DNA of 64,000 nt from Candidatus Marinacidobacterales bacterium (GCA_965219415.1 CBDCNP010000002.1:3392001-3456000); one strand, 5' to 3'; positions 1-11,787 are shown, counted from the first letter of the stretch. Translations and numbers: made by a program. The notes: generated from the sequence alone by a model not told the origin.

Positions 1-651
1 GAAGACTGCTCACTCCCCAAGAGGCTCCAATCGAACTGCTCCGGATCCAATTCGTAGACGGCGGCCGCTTTCTTGGGGAAGAAGTGGAGCCGCAACCCTG
101 GTGTCAGAGAATGGTTCGTCCCCTGAATCGTTCCGAGACCCCGCTCGCGGTGCCGTTCCCTGGCGATATCTCCTCGAACTAAGAACGCCAAGTCTCGGTA
201 GCGTGTGACTTGAAGCTTGCCCCCTGCCAGGCCGGGGTGCAGCTCTTCTTCCATGAACGCCATGTTTCGGACGGGCACAATTTCAATGGAAATCACATCG
301 GCTTCGGCAAGCGTAAAATGAGCGATCCGTGCCGACGCCAAACGCGCAGAAAGGTCCGCCGCCTCAAGTAACCGTTTCTACCTTGCGCAGCAACCGCGGC
401 CTCTCGATCTGAAGGGCGAGCCGGGCATCATACGGATCCATACCCGCCGCTTCGGCAAAAGTCTCCACCCGGCCATCTACTCCTTCCGACTGCGGAGCCA
501 ATACAATGAGATGCCGGTTCGCCGAAGACTCGAGAGCCGCTTCCGGCGGCGGCTTCTCCATTGGGACCCCTTCGAGCGTCTCCCAACAATAAATGCATTT
601 CGTTGCCCGCTCCGAGTTGGGGCGCTCGCAGGCCGGGCACGCTATGGGCAT
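1..651 (-). CDS. Hypothetical protein with N-terminal zinc ribbon; frameshifted near 367 and running off the window edge
   Basis: CPAC...CIYC motif. Removing one T at ACTTGAG opens a stop-free frame (EAADLSARLAS...DWSLLGSEQS) down to position 1. Confidence 0.6.
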
Positions 652-821
652 GTAGGTGGGCTATCGCTACGAAAAAAGAAAAGCACGGCGCGTTATGTCG
701 TTTTACCATAGCACCTTCTGCGTGACATCCGATGGCCGGCAGCGCGAAACCGCCGCTTGCACGTAGATACTAGGCACACTAAGATTTCCGACGTCGTCCC
801 GGAAGGGGCTGGAGGGCACAC

Positions 822-1901
822 ATGACCCGTATCAATTCTAATCATTACTCTCGCCGGGAGTTCTCAAGGTTGCTCCTGGGAACTGCCACCGCGGGTCTCG
901 TGTCCAGCCGCCCGGAGCTCGCGGCTCCTACGACGGCTTCTCCAATAACGAGGACTCAATCGAATCGACCTTTCGTCATGGACGTCCACATTCATATGGC
1001 GCAGCCCGGCAACCGCCCACGGAGCGAGGTCTTGGCTGAGCTCTACCGACCCTGGAAGTACGTCTACGGAGCGGATGGCGAATGGATACCAAAGCCGACC
1101 GACCTCACGCCCACCGCCAGGGACTTGATCGAGGTGATGGATCGAGGAGGCATCGACGTGGCGGTGGTGATGCCGAGTGATCACGGGAGGGTAGCCAAGA
1201 TCGAAGGGCACTGGATACCCCCCACTTCGAATGACTACATCGCGGAACAGGTACGCCAGTTTCCGGAACGTCTTATCGGCATTTGCGGCCACGATCCTCT
1301 ACGCGAGCACTGGAAGGCTCCCCGCGAGCTGGAGCGCATGGTGAAGGAACACGGCTTCCGGGGCATGAAGCTATACCCCCCCTACGATCACTTCGACCCC
1401 GGGGACGAGCGGCTCTTTCCGCTTTACGAAAAAGCGATCGAGCTCGACGTCGTTTTGACATTTCACACCGGCTGGACGCCTTGGGTCAACGCTCCGATCA
1501 AGTTCGGTAAACCCGAGCTCGTCGATCCGGTGGGCGCTCGCTACCCAGAGCTCAAGGTCAACCTGGCGCACATCGGTGGAGTTTCGTGGTGGCGGGAAGC
1601 GGTTCTGGTGACCGCGCGTCACAAGAATTTCACGATGGATGTGTCCTCTTGGTGCACCTACCCCCCTTCTGACTTGGTGGCGATGCTCAATCTCGCCCGC
1701 GATTTGGTGGGGCTGGACCGAGTACTATTCGGCAGCGAGCATACCCTGTGCGATCCCGGCATCTTCGTCGCCGAGATCCAGAACATAAATCTCTTTGCGG
1801 AACGCTATCATTTCCTTCCCTTCGAAGATCGGGACATACGGAAGATCTTGGGCGAGAACGCCGCTCGCGTCTACGGAATAGAAGCTAAGAAGAAGATGTG
1901 A
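822..1901 (+). CDS. Amidohydrolase_2 family metal-dependent hydrolase with Tat signal
   Basis: SRREF Tat motif; DVHIH, GMKLYP, FHTG, AHIGG and LFGSE motifs. Confidence 0.85.
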   Translation: MTRINSNHYSRREFSRLLLGTATAGLVSSRPELAAPTTASPITRTQSNRPFVMDVHIHMAQPGNRPRSEVLAELYRPWKYVYGADGEWIPKPTDLTPTARDLIEVMDRGGIDVAVVMPSDHGRVAKIEGHWIPPTSNDYIAEQVRQFPERLIGICGHDPLREHWKAPRELERMVKEHGFRGMKLYPPYDHFDPGDERLFPLYEKAIELDVVLTFHTGWTPWVNAPIKFGKPELVDPVGARYPELKVNLAHIGGVSWWREAVLVTARHKNFTMDVSSWCTYPPSDLVAMLNLARDLVGLDRVLFGSEHTLCDPGIFVAEIQNINLFAERYHFLPFEDRDIRKILGENAARVYGIEAKKKM

Positions 1902-1919
1902 TGGCTCTCGAGCGAGCCC

Positions 1920-2444
1920 TTACGAACCGTCCGCCTCGTTGGAGGCCGGATCCGGTCGCAGGGCGGACGTGTGATCGTGAACCAACACCCAACGATCGCC
2001 CCGAAGATGGAATACGTAGGTGGCGCGAGAAGTACGCTCTGCCCTTACGCCGTTTCTCGTCGAGTCGTGATCGTAGATGAAAGTGACGATCCCTACGTCA
2101 CCATAGACCTGGATTTTCCAATCTCTTTCTTCCCAGCGATGGGTCGTCTTGTTCGCTGCCGCCCGCCGAAGGCTTTCGATCATCTTCTCCCCGCCGTCCT
2201 CACGGGGGCCGCCCCCGGGGCCGAAGACGGTCACGTCCGCCGCGATGTGGGGAACGAACGGATCGATTCGATTCGCCACGAAATTCTCGTTGACGACGAC
2301 TTCCGACACTTCGCGCAGCTCTTTTTCCGCGGACGCCAGGTCTGGCGTTGAGGCTTCCTCCCTATCCGGGTTGTCCGCACAACCCATAGCCGTTACTGCG
2401 AGCACGAAACATGAGCTCAGTATCAACACTCTCAGATTTGGCAT
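1920..2444 (-). CDS. SnoaL/NTF2-like (DUF4440-type) lipoprotein
   Basis: Lipobox-like AMGC; YGDVGIV...RATYVF...WVLVHDHTS C-terminus. Confidence 0.75.
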   Translation of the reverse strand: MPNLRVLILSSCFVLAVTAMGCADNPDREEASTPDLASAEKELREVSEVVVNENFVANRIDPFVPHIAADVTVFGPGGGPREDGGEKMIESLRRAAANKTTHRWEERDWKIQVYGDVGIVTFIYDHDSTRNGVRAERTSRATYVFHLRGDRWVLVHDHTSALRPDPASNEADGS

Positions 2445-2483
2445 GAGCCCCCCTCCTAGTAATAGAAGATAGAAACCTAGTGC

Positions 2484-4010
2484 CTAGCCGACGGATACTT
2501 GTCCGACGTCCGCCGCCACCTTGCGCTTGGCCATATCGACCGCTTTGTCGGCGGCTACAAGCGCCCAGCCGAATTCGGAAATCGTGCCCTGACTGTCGGC
2601 GTTCGCGAAGAAGACCCGATCCAATGGCCGAGACGCCCTTGGTTGATACTCGGTCATCATGCGCGGAATCGGAATGTACCAATTATGTCCTCGACGCCAG
2701 ATTCGCACCTCTGCGATCTTGCTTCGACTGCCGGGAAAGATCGACTCGAAGTAATCGGCAACTTCCTGCGCGTAACTTTCCACGAACGCGTCGTGCTCGA
2801 GCTGGGTTCGCACCGAGGCTCGCATGGGCATCTCGCAGCGAAGAAGTTGCTTGTCGGGCTTGGTACTGGCGTCGCGGAAGTTCGCGATCGGAGCCTTGAT
2901 GGTCCGGGCGGTCGTTAAACCGGACGTGATGTTGCCATCGATGGCGACTGCGCCAACCAAGAAGGGAGCGTACTGCATCGCTTTCATCGCTTCTTTTTGA
3001 TCCTCTGGGAGATCGGCAACGATGTATTGGGCGATGAACTTCGGCGCCGCCACGATCGCAGCTTTCGCTCGAATGGTAACCGGCTCGCCACCCAGCAGGT
3101 AGCTCACGTTCACGCCGGTACCATCCTGAGCAACGCGATAGACCGTCGCACCCGTTACCAGGCGATCGCTGCCCGCCTCTTGAATCTTTTCCGCCACTCT
3201 CAGCGCCGCCGCACTGAGGCCTCCGGGAAACGTGTAGCTGCCACCCTTGGACGATCCTTCCGGATAGAGGACCCCCAAACCAGCACCCATCTGACTCCGG
3301 GCAAGATAGAGTCCCACATATCCGGAGTACTCGTCGGTCGGCGCGGCGAACCAAGCCAGCAACGCGTCGAACCAAGCTTTGACCTCCGGTGGATAGGTGC
3401 GCAAGAGCTCCGAGAAACGCATCTTGTCGAGCTTGCCCTTCTCCGCCTCGGCGTCGATGGCGAACAAGTCGCTCTTGGCCTGGCGCAAACTACGCTCGAT
3501 CGATGGCGGAAAGAGCCTTTTCAACCCGCTCCCCCAAAGATCCTCGATGAACTCCCCATCGACGATGGTGGCGCGCTTCGAGCGGACCCGCGTTTGGAGG
3601 GTCAGGCCGACTTCCTCATACAGAGCGGTGGCCGGGGACTCCGCATACGTAACGATGGCGCCCGCCGCATATGGCATCCCTCGCCAACTGTCCGCACGCG
3701 CGTTGCCTCCCGGTATGGGCTCCTTTTCGAGCACGATGACATCTCGATCGCGCAGCCGATAACCGGCGACCAAACCACTCGGACCTCCACCGACGACCGC
3801 GAACTCCACGTGCCGGGAGACCGGGGCAACGGGAATGGACTCGCCGTCCCGCACGCGATGACAGGTCGCAAAGTCCTCACTCGCCACATGAGAAGAAACG
3901 TCTTTATGGGCAGTCGACTGACCCGCTAGCGAGTGGGTGCTCCGACAATAGGTGGCGGCAGCGCTGCCGAGCAAAACGGTTTGCACGAAACGGCGGCGAG
4001 AGACGTCCAT
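2484..4010 (-). CDS. Tat-exported FAD-dependent oxidoreductase (amine oxidase family)
   Basis: SRRRF Tat motif; VVGGGPSGL dinucleotide fold; LEKE..PGGNA. Confidence 0.8.
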   Translation of the reverse strand: MDVSRRRFVQTVLLGSAAATYCRSTHSLAGQSTAHKDVSSHVASEDFATCHRVRDGESIPVAPVSRHVEFAVVGGGPSGLVAGYRLRDRDVIVLEKEPIPGGNARADSWRGMPYAAGAIVTYAESPATALYEEVGLTLQTRVRSKRATIVDGEFIEDLWGSGLKRLFPPSIERSLRQAKSDLFAIDAEAEKGKLDKMRFSELLRTYPPEVKAWFDALLAWFAAPTDEYSGYVGLYLARSQMGAGLGVLYPEGSSKGGSYTFPGGLSAAALRVAEKIQEAGSDRLVTGATVYRVAQDGTGVNVSYLLGGEPVTIRAKAAIVAAPKFIAQYIVADLPEDQKEAMKAMQYAPFLVGAVAIDGNITSGLTTARTIKAPIANFRDASTKPDKQLLRCEMPMRASVRTQLEHDAFVESYAQEVADYFESIFPGSRSKIAEVRIWRRGHNWYIPIPRMMTEYQPRASRPLDRVFFANADSQGTISEFGWALVAADKAVDMAKRKVAADVGQVSVG

Positions 4011-4084
4011 GCCGATTTCTCCCTCTTTGATTGGCCGGCAGCATACTACATTTGCCTCCGCAACGCTGTGCTATATTCCGTGGC

Positions 4085-5605
4085 ATGTCAATCGTCAGAC
4101 CGCTGTTGCTGCTGGTTTTTGCAACCTCGAGCTTCACCGCCGAGATCGATCCGGCCACACTCCGGAGCGACGTCGAGTCTTACGTACAAGTCCATCAGAA
4201 AAAGATCCTCGCCGAGCTGGTGGAGATCCTCTCCATACCCGATCTCGCCGCCGACTCCCGAAGTATGCGTCGCAAGGCGGAGAAGCTTCGTCAAATGTTG
4301 GCGGCGCGAAGCCTGTCTGCCGAGTTGCTCGAGACGGGAGGCAACCCGCTCGTCTACGGTGAGCTGACTGTTCCGGGCGCCCACCGCACCATCCTTCTTT
4401 ATTTTCACTACGATGGACAGCCGGTAGATCCGGCAAAGTGGAAGCAGGAAGACCCTTTTCGACCGATACTCAGAGACGGCAAGTTCGAGGACGGTGGACG
4501 CGAAATCGATCTCGAGGCTCTCGACCGTTTCGAGCGAGACTGGAGAATATACGCACGCTCCGCCTCCGACGACACCTCCCCGATCGTGGCCGTTCTCGCG
4601 GCCCTCGATGCGATCCGCTCCCTGGGCGCCCAACCAAGCTCGAACCTGCGCATCATTTTAGATGGCGAGGAGGAAGCGGGATCACCGAACCTCATCCCCG
4701 CAATCGGCAAGTACCAGGACAAGCTGCAAGCCGATCTCATGTTGATCTTGGATGGACCGATGCATCCTTCTGGTCGACCCACCCTCGTCTTCGGCGCTCG
4801 TGGCATCTTGAGTCTCGAGTTGACCGTCTACGGCCCCCGGTTTCCCCTTCACAGCGGACACTACGGGAACTGGGCTCCCAACCCCGCCATGGGTTTGGCG
4901 CGGTTGTTGGCGTCGATGAAAGACGGAAAGGGACGAGTCGTCATCGAGGGTTTCTACGATGGGATTCATCTAACCGAGGAAGAGCGCCAGGTTTTGGAGT
5001 CGGTGCCGGACGATCACGAAACGTTGATGGATCTCTTCGGCTTCTCGGAACCTGACGCGGTAGGCGCCTCCTTGCAAGAAGCGATTCAGTATCCTTCCCT
5101 CAATGTTCGCGGAATGAGGAGCGCGTGGGTCGGCGATGAGGCGAGGACGATTATCCCCGACCGCGCGGTGGCCGCTATCGATATCCGACTGGTCGCGGAA
5201 ACGAAAGGCCAGGACCTCTACGAAAAAACCCTCACCCACATTCGTGGACAGGGTTACCACGTCGTGGACGAAGACCCGGACGATGCGACGCGGGCGCGAC
5301 ACTCTCGGATCGTAAGAGTGAGGTGGTCCGCCGAAGAGGCCTTCCGGACGCCGGTCACCCACCCCCAGGCAGGCAATCTCATCGCTGCTTTGGCCGGTGT
5401 TTGGGGGAAAGAGCCGGTGGTTATCCGGACCATGGGTGGCACCGTTCCCATCAGCCCATTCATTCAGGCACTCGGGTTTCCGGCGGTGGTGGTTCCGGTG
5501 GTGAACTTCGACAACAACCAGCACAGCCCGAACGAGAACCTTCGTTTGGGACACTTCTTCGACGCTGTCGTCACCTTCGCCGCGCTCCTGACGCTAGAGC
5601 GGTAG
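4085..5605 (+). CDS. M20/M25/M40 family metallopeptidase with signal peptide
   Basis: HYDGQP, ARSASDD, GEEE, HSGHYGN and NQHSPNEN motifs; ATG 4085 preferred over 4031. Confidence 0.85.
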   Translation: MSIVRPLLLLVFATSSFTAEIDPATLRSDVESYVQVHQKKILAELVEILSIPDLAADSRSMRRKAEKLRQMLAARSLSAELLETGGNPLVYGELTVPGAHRTILLYFHYDGQPVDPAKWKQEDPFRPILRDGKFEDGGREIDLEALDRFERDWRIYARSASDDTSPIVAVLAALDAIRSLGAQPSSNLRIILDGEEEAGSPNLIPAIGKYQDKLQADLMLILDGPMHPSGRPTLVFGARGILSLELTVYGPRFPLHSGHYGNWAPNPAMGLARLLASMKDGKGRVVIEGFYDGIHLTEEERQVLESVPDDHETLMDLFGFSEPDAVGASLQEAIQYPSLNVRGMRSAWVGDEARTIIPDRAVAAIDIRLVAETKGQDLYEKTLTHIRGQGYHVVDEDPDDATRARHSRIVRVRWSAEEAFRTPVTHPQAGNLIAALAGVWGKEPVVIRTMGGTVPISPFIQALGFPAVVVPVVNFDNNQHSPNENLRLGHFFDAVVTFAALLTLER

Positions 5606-5781
5606 GCATCCGAATCGCGACCGGCAACTCCTTGTCGCCAGGTGGGACCTCGTGGTAGTATCCTCTTTAACCGCCGCGGTTTAATGAACCGCCGGGTGCC
5701 TGGCGTCACTGAACGATCGGTTGTAACTCATCGCCGGACACTCGTTTTGACCCTGGCCCAAGCTTCTCGAGAAACGGAAGT

Positions 5782-6928
5782 ATGCAGAAGAAGCAAATAG
5801 GCAAGTACACCGTCGTCGGAAAGGTCGGCGAGGGTGCGATGGGTGAAGTCTTCAAGGCACACGATCCGGTTCTCAACCGGTTCGTCGCCATCAAAACCAT
5901 CGTCTCTAGCCTCGACACGCAAGACGACCTCCGCCAGCGCTTCCAACGAGAGGCGCAAGCCGCCGCGCAGCTCAATCATCCCAACATCGTCGCCGTCTAC
6001 GATTTCGGGGAAGACAAAGGCAAAATCTTTATGGCGATGGAGCTGCTCGAGGGTACCGATCTCCGCGAGATCATTCGCTAAAAAGTCGCTCACCCTCAAC
6101 GAGAAGCTTCGCATGATGGAGCAGGTGTGCACCGGGCTCAGCTTCGCTCACGAGAAGGAAATCGTCCACCGCGACCTCAAGCCAGGGAACATCCATGTCT
6201 TGCCCAACGGGCAGGTCAAGATCATGGACTTCGGCCTGGCACGGCTCGCGTCTCCCGAAATGACCAAGACCGGCTTGATCCTGGGCACTCCCAATTATAT
6301 GTCTCCGGAGCAGGTGCAGGCGAAGCGTGTAGACGTGCGCTCGGACATCTTTTCCTTGGGTGCGGTGTTCTACGAGTTGATGAGCTACCAAAAACCCTTC
6401 AGCGCCGAGTCCATCCACGCCACCATGTTCAAAGTGGTCCAATGTGAGGGCCAGCCGCTCGACGAGTTGGTTCCCAGCCTGCCACGACCTTTCATTGAAG
6501 TCGTGGACAAAGCGCTGCAAAAAGAACCCGGCGATCGGTTTCAGAACGCCGGCGAAATCGCCCGGGCCCTCCAGGCTCTGCGTCAGGAGCTGGGCGGATC
6601 CTCCGAAGGTGTGGCGAGCCAATGGGAGACGGTGCTTCAGGAGACCGTCGTCGCTGACCCTGCTCAACTGAATCAACCCTCGCCTTCCCGTGTCTCCTCG
6701 GTGGCCTCTCGCGCATCTCTAGCATCGCGAGCACCGGCAGCCCGTGAAGGCTCCGGGTCGGGCGCATAGATTGGTTCGGGCTCACGGCAAAGCCTTGGCA
6801 CTCTCCGGGAAGCGCAGCTCGCCCGCTCCCAGGCCCGAGGTGGGAACACCACCTGGTACGTCGGCGGCGCTTTGGCTCTCGCCGTCATCGGCGCGGTCGG
6901 GTATTTCGCCCTGCGTGGAGAAAGCTAG
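5782..6928 (+). pseudogene. Hanks-type Ser/Thr protein kinase; frameshift near 6079 and in-frame TAG at 6767-6769
   Basis: GEGAMGEV and VAIK in the first frame; HRDLKPGN, DFG and GTPNYMSPEQ in the second; the frame continues past the TAG to a transmembrane-like helix ending at 6928. Confidence 0.8.
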
Positions 6929-6997
6929 GGCCGTCCTGTACTAGATGGCGGGCCGTTAGACGGCGAGCCAGACGCCGTTTTCCGCTACAATCTCACT

Positions 6998-8053
6998 ATG
7001 TCCTCCATCTGGCCAGGCTTGATCGCGCGGTACGGAGATTGGCTTGAGATCTCCACCGATGCGAAGCCAGTCACACTGCTCGAGGGAAACACTCCGCTCA
7101 TTCCCCTTCCCCGACTCGCATCCGAGCTCGGTGCGGAAGCCGTCTACTTGAAGTACGAGGGCCTCAACCCCACTGGCTCGTTCAAAGATCGAGGTATGAC
7201 GGTAGCGATCACGGATGCCGCACACCGTGGCGCTCAAGCCGTGATCTGTGCCAGCACCGGAAATACCGCGGCGAGCGCTGCCGCCTACGCGGCGAGAGCG
7301 GGACTCCGCTGTTTCGTGGTCGTTCCCGAAGCCAACGTGGCCGCCGGAAAGTTGGCCGGTGCGCTGGCCCATCGCGCCGAGATCGTGCAGCTTCAGGCGT
7401 CTTTCGACCAAGCGCTCGACCTGGTGCGGACCGCTTCGGAGCGATTACCCCTGGCTCTCGTCAATTCGCTCAACCCGTACCGCATTGAAGGACAGAAAAC
7501 GGTCGCCTTCGAGATCATCGAAGCCTTGGGGCGCGCACCCGATTGGATGGCTCTTCCCGTCGGCAATGCCGGAAACATCACGGCGGCGTGGAAGGGCTTC
7601 CTCCAACACCACGAATTGCACGGTACCGACAGACCGAAACTGCTCGGCGTGCAGGCCGCGGGTGCGGCACCCCTCGTTCTCGGCCATCCGGTGGACGATC
7701 CCTCGACGGTGGCGACGGCGATCCGAATCGGACGACCGGCTCGCGGCGAAGAAGCTCTCTCCGCAGCAGAGGAATCCGGTGGGCGTATCATCGCTTGTCC
7801 TGACGAAACGATCCTCGCCGCACAAGAACGACTCGCCTCCTCTGGTATTTGGGTCGAACCGGCGTCGGCTGCGGGAGTCGCCGGCCTCGTCCAAGAAACT
7901 TCCGCGCGGCGTCTCGACGTTACGGGCCAGACGATCGTATGTATTGCTACCGGACACGGGCTCAAAGACCCCGGCATCGTCACCAATCGCTATCCTATGC
8001 CACCGACTATCCCCGCTGACTTCGCCGCCCTCGAAAAGAAACTCAGTTCATGA
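6998..8053 (+). CDS. thrC: Threonine synthase
   Basis: NPTGSFKDRG PLP lysine; CASTGNT; PVGNAGN; overlaps thrB (ATGA). Confidence 0.92.
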   Translation: MSSIWPGLIARYGDWLEISTDAKPVTLLEGNTPLIPLPRLASELGAEAVYLKYEGLNPTGSFKDRGMTVAITDAAHRGAQAVICASTGNTAASAAAYAARAGLRCFVVVPEANVAAGKLAGALAHRAEIVQLQASFDQALDLVRTASERLPLALVNSLNPYRIEGQKTVAFEIIEALGRAPDWMALPVGNAGNITAAWKGFLQHHELHGTDRPKLLGVQAAGAAPLVLGHPVDDPSTVATAIRIGRPARGEEALSAAEESGGRIIACPDETILAAQERLASSGIWVEPASAAGVAGLVQETSARRLDVTGQTIVCIATGHGLKDPGIVTNRYPMPPTIPADFAALEKKLSS

Positions 8054-8976
8054 AGCCGGTCATCGCTAGTGCCCCCGCGTCCACGGCCAACCTAGGACCA
8101 GGATTCGATTGTCTGGGACTCGCGGTGAATCTTTGCAATACCGTCAAGATGAGCCCGGCGAAGGAGGGAGTGCGCGTCGAGATCGAAGGAGAAGGATCGG
8201 CGAGCCTGCCTCGAGGCGCCAGAAACTTGATGGTGCGCGCGGCTCGGAGGGTGTTCGATCTCGTCGGCAAAGCTCCGTCCGGAATCAGCTTGGAAGTAAC
8301 GAACCAGATCCCTTTGGGGTCGGGTCTCGGCTCATCGGCCGCCGCGGTGGTGGTAGGCATGGCCGCCGCCAATGCGATGAGCGGGGGGAAACTGAAGCAG
8401 GAAGATCTGTTGCAGTTGGCCTACAACATGGAGGGACACCCGGACAACGCTGCGGCGTCTCTTTTCGGTGGACTGAACCTGGTCAGCGTGGGTTCGGGCA
8501 CCGCGGTCGCTCGCCAAGTTCGGGTGGCGGACTTCAAGCTCATTGTCGCCCTGCCGCTGGTCAAGATCTCTACCAAGGAAATGCGGCGAGCGTTGCCGCG
8601 TCGCGTGCCGCTCAGAGACGCCGTTTTCAACGTAGGGCGGGCTCTGTTCACCGTCGAGGCGCTAAGAACCGGGGACTACGAACTGCTCGGGGTAGCGATG
8701 GTGGATCGACTGCACCAGAATTATCGCCTGAAGTTCATCCCCGGGGGAGAAGCGGCGATGTCCGCGGCGCGGAAGGCCGGCGCAGCAGCGGTTACGTTGT
8801 CCGGCTCGGGACCGGCCATTGTCGCCTTTGCACCCGATAGGCACGAGCGTATCGCGAGAGCGATGGCACGGACCTTCAAAGGCGCGGGGCTCAAGGTCAA
8901 AACATTCCTCCTCGACATCCATCGGCAGGGGACCCGGGTTCAGCCCTCAAAGGAGAGCGGCGCCCGACCCTCATGA
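8050..8976 (+). CDS. thrB: Homoserine kinase
   Basis: PASTANLGPGFDCLG, GLGSS, EGHPDN and LSGSGP motifs. Confidence 0.95.
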   Translation: MKPVIASAPASTANLGPGFDCLGLAVNLCNTVKMSPAKEGVRVEIEGEGSASLPRGARNLMVRAARRVFDLVGKAPSGISLEVTNQIPLGSGLGSSAAAVVVGMAAANAMSGGKLKQEDLLQLAYNMEGHPDNAAASLFGGLNLVSVGSGTAVARQVRVADFKLIVALPLVKISTKEMRRALPRRVPLRDAVFNVGRALFTVEALRTGDYELLGVAMVDRLHQNYRLKFIPGGEAAMSAARKAGAAAVTLSGSGPAIVAFAPDRHERIARAMARTFKGAGLKVKTFLLDIHRQGTRVQPSKESGARPS

Positions 8977-8984
8977 TTCAGGCT

Positions 8985-10362
8985 CTACGGCGCTAGCGAT
9001 CCGAAGACCACCTCGCCACCTAGCACGGTGGCGACAACCTTGATTTCATTGATGTCTTCGGCCGGAACGGTGAGGATGTCCTCCGCCAAGACGACAAAGT
9101 CCGCGTACTTCCCTGGCTCGATCGAACCCTTCTTGTGCTCCTCGAAAGTCGTGTAAGCGGATTGGTGCGTGATGGCCCGGATGGCCTCCTCGCGGGAGAT
9201 CCCTTGGTCGGCACCGAGGACATCCCCCCAGCCGGTCTGACGGGTAACCGCTATATCGATCTGCATCAAAGGGGTCGAACGAACAGAAATAGGCCGGTCG
9301 GCTCCCAGCGTCGTCATGACGCCGTTGTCCATCCAGTCCCTAAGTCGGTAGGACATGTCTGCTAGTGGCTTACCCCAATATTCTATGAACTTGTCTCCGA
9401 TAATGTAGTTGTGCCGAGGCTGCGCGTTCACGATCAATTCGAGTTCTTTGATCCGATCGTACTGATCCGGCTGCAGCAGTATGGCGTGATCGAGCATCCA
9501 ACGCTTACCGGCGATAGGAGTTTGAGCATTTGCGTATTCGAACGCCTCCAACGCCAGGTCGATCGCCGCGTCACCCACTACGTGTGGACCGGGACGCCAA
9601 CCATGGCGAGCTGCGGCGGCTACGAACATATTGAACTGTTCCTGGGGGACGACCAGCACCCCATGGTAATCGGGACGGCCCTTGTAGCCCCCTCGAAGAA
9701 ACGCCGACTCCTCCGCGCCGTCGAGTGTCAGCTCGGCAAGCCCGTCGGCGCGAAACATCCCGTCACCCCATGTCTCCCCCGGAGGGCCTGCGCCTCGAAG
9801 ACCGCGTCGACTTCCTCTTCGGGTGTGTTCGGGTCGACGTCGTAGCACCAATCCACGCGGGCGGTCAACTCCCCTTTGTCATAGAGCTCCCGCAGCATTT
9901 CGACCTGTTCCCTCGTACCTCCGCCCTCCCGAAAGCTCGTCATGCCCCAACTGTTCACCCGCCGAATTGCCTGAAGGATGCCGTCGAGCTGTTGCTCTCG
10001 GGTCAGTTTGGGAACATATTGGAGCAACGGGGCATGCGCCGCCTTTAGAAGAAACCCGGTGGGCTCGCCGTCCTCGCCCTTCCAGATCTCGCCCCCGGGG
10101 GGATCCTTTGTCTCCTTCGTGTAGCCCAGACTCTCGAGCGCCAAGCTGTTGACGATGTTGTAATGCCCGCCTCGTAGGACTACTGGGTTTTTCGGGGACA
10201 CCGGGTCGAGATCGTGGCGGTTCGGCAAACGCCCGTCCGCTAGCATGAACTGCCACCAACCGCCCTCACTAAAGATCCACTCGCCTGGCTCAGAACTCGC
10301 CACGCGCTCGGCAACGACCTCTTGGATGTCAGCGATGGACTCCACAGAAGTGAGATCGATTG
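8985..10362 (-). pseudogene. 3' part of a YtcJ-like amidohydrolase_3, split by IS5; also frameshifted near 9786
   Basis: GEPTGFL, HVVGDAA, DHA and KGSIEPGKYADFVVL motifs; the 5' part lies at 32492-32828. Confidence 0.85.
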
Positions 10363-11449
10363 TGCCTTGGTGCACAACTCTCGATCTCGGTCCACAATTG
10401 TCCTGTACTCGCGGATACGAGGTTCCCCATGAGCATTTTCAAACGCACTCAGCGGAAGTATGTGAAGAAGGCCTATCGCGTGAGGAATTGGCGTGAATAT
10501 GAGGCGGGTCTACGCAACCGCGGGAGCCTGACCGTCTGGATCTCGCTCACCGCCGGGAAGCTTGTGAACTGGGACGCGTCCCGGCCAAGGAGGAGGAAAC
10601 CGGGCCGTCAACGCAAATACTCGAACCACGCCATCGAGACGGCTGTCACCCTGGGCATGGTGTTTCATCTGTCATCTAGGCAGAGCGAGGGATTGCTGCG
10701 GTCGTTGTTCGCTCTGATGAAGCTAGACAATGATGTGCCCGATCACACCACGATCTCGAGGCGCAAGCCGAAGCTGGGTAAGGTCCCCTTCTACCCAGTC
10801 AAGCAGAAGACGCCGTTGCACATCTTGATCGACAGCAGCGGTCTCGCTGTCCACGCCGGCCAGCTGCGCAGAGCACAAAAGAGCAGGGACTATCGCAAGC
10901 TCCATCTGTGTGTCGACGAGCAGAGTGGCGAAGTCGTCGCCGGCGAGCTGACGAGCAAAAGAGCCCGCGATTCATCGCGGGTTGCATCGCTTGTCGGACA
11001 GATCGACAGTCCCATCTCATCGGCCAGAGCTGACACCGCATACGACGCCGGCGGCGTCTATGAGGCAATCGAGAATCACAGCGCTCATCGCTCGCCGAGG
11101 GTGCTGATACCGCCGCGCAAGGGCGCCCTGCTCGCATCGGGGCCGGCGAGCAGCCGACAGCGCAATCGCAACATTGCAGCACAAGCTCGGCTCGGCAAAC
11201 GAAAGTGGCACACAGAATCGGGCTACAGCAAACGGAGCAAAGTCGAGACAACGTTCCATCGCTACAAGGCTATCGTGGGCTCAGCGATGCGAGCGAGAGG
11301 GTTGGCGGCACAGAGAGGTGAGGCAAGGATCGGGTGCAAGATTCTCAACACCATGACGGTGCTCGGGATGCCTGATAGCGAGATGATCGGATGATGGGAG
11401 TCGGGGCCAAGCGAGCTCTCGGCCTCTATCGGAGTTGTGCACCAAGGCA
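10363..11449 (+). mobile_element. IS5 family (IS903-type) element, copy 1; transposase 10429-11394
   Basis: 18-bp perfect terminal inverted repeat TGCCTTGGTGCACAACTC; NW.EYE.GL..RGSL, IDSSG and YSKRSKVET motifs. Confidence 0.92.
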
Positions 11450-11787
11450 GCGGATTGGTGGTTCTCCTGGCGATGTACACCGCGGTCTCGGCGCGAACTC
11501 GAGAGATCGGGATCCTCAAGTCACTGGGAGCTTCCAGGCGTTTCATCGTTTCCATTATCGAGAAAGAAGCCCTCGCCATCAGCGGAATCGGCGTCGTGGT
11601 AGGACTCCTGCTGTCCTTGTTGGTGGGGATGGGCATTTCGGAGATGACGTCGTTGGTGGTGGAGATGGAGCCTCTTTGGGTCTTGAAGGCTGGCCTCGTA
11701 GCCTTGCTGGCCGGAGCCGTGAGCGCTCTTTATCCGGCACTTCAAGCCGCCAAGCAGGATGCGGTGGAGGCAATATCACATGATTAA
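11450..11787 (+). pseudogene. C-terminal FtsX domain of an ABC permease, 5'-truncated by IS5
   Basis: RTREIGILKSLGAS and YPA..AA..D.VEAI motifs; begins at the IS end. Confidence 0.8.

Noticed and set aside
2997-3929. Long antisense ORFs here and at 7248, 14038, 19372, 23892, 34366 and 45854
   Set aside because: They are shadow or alternative frames of well-supported genes in GC-rich DNA and show no motifs.
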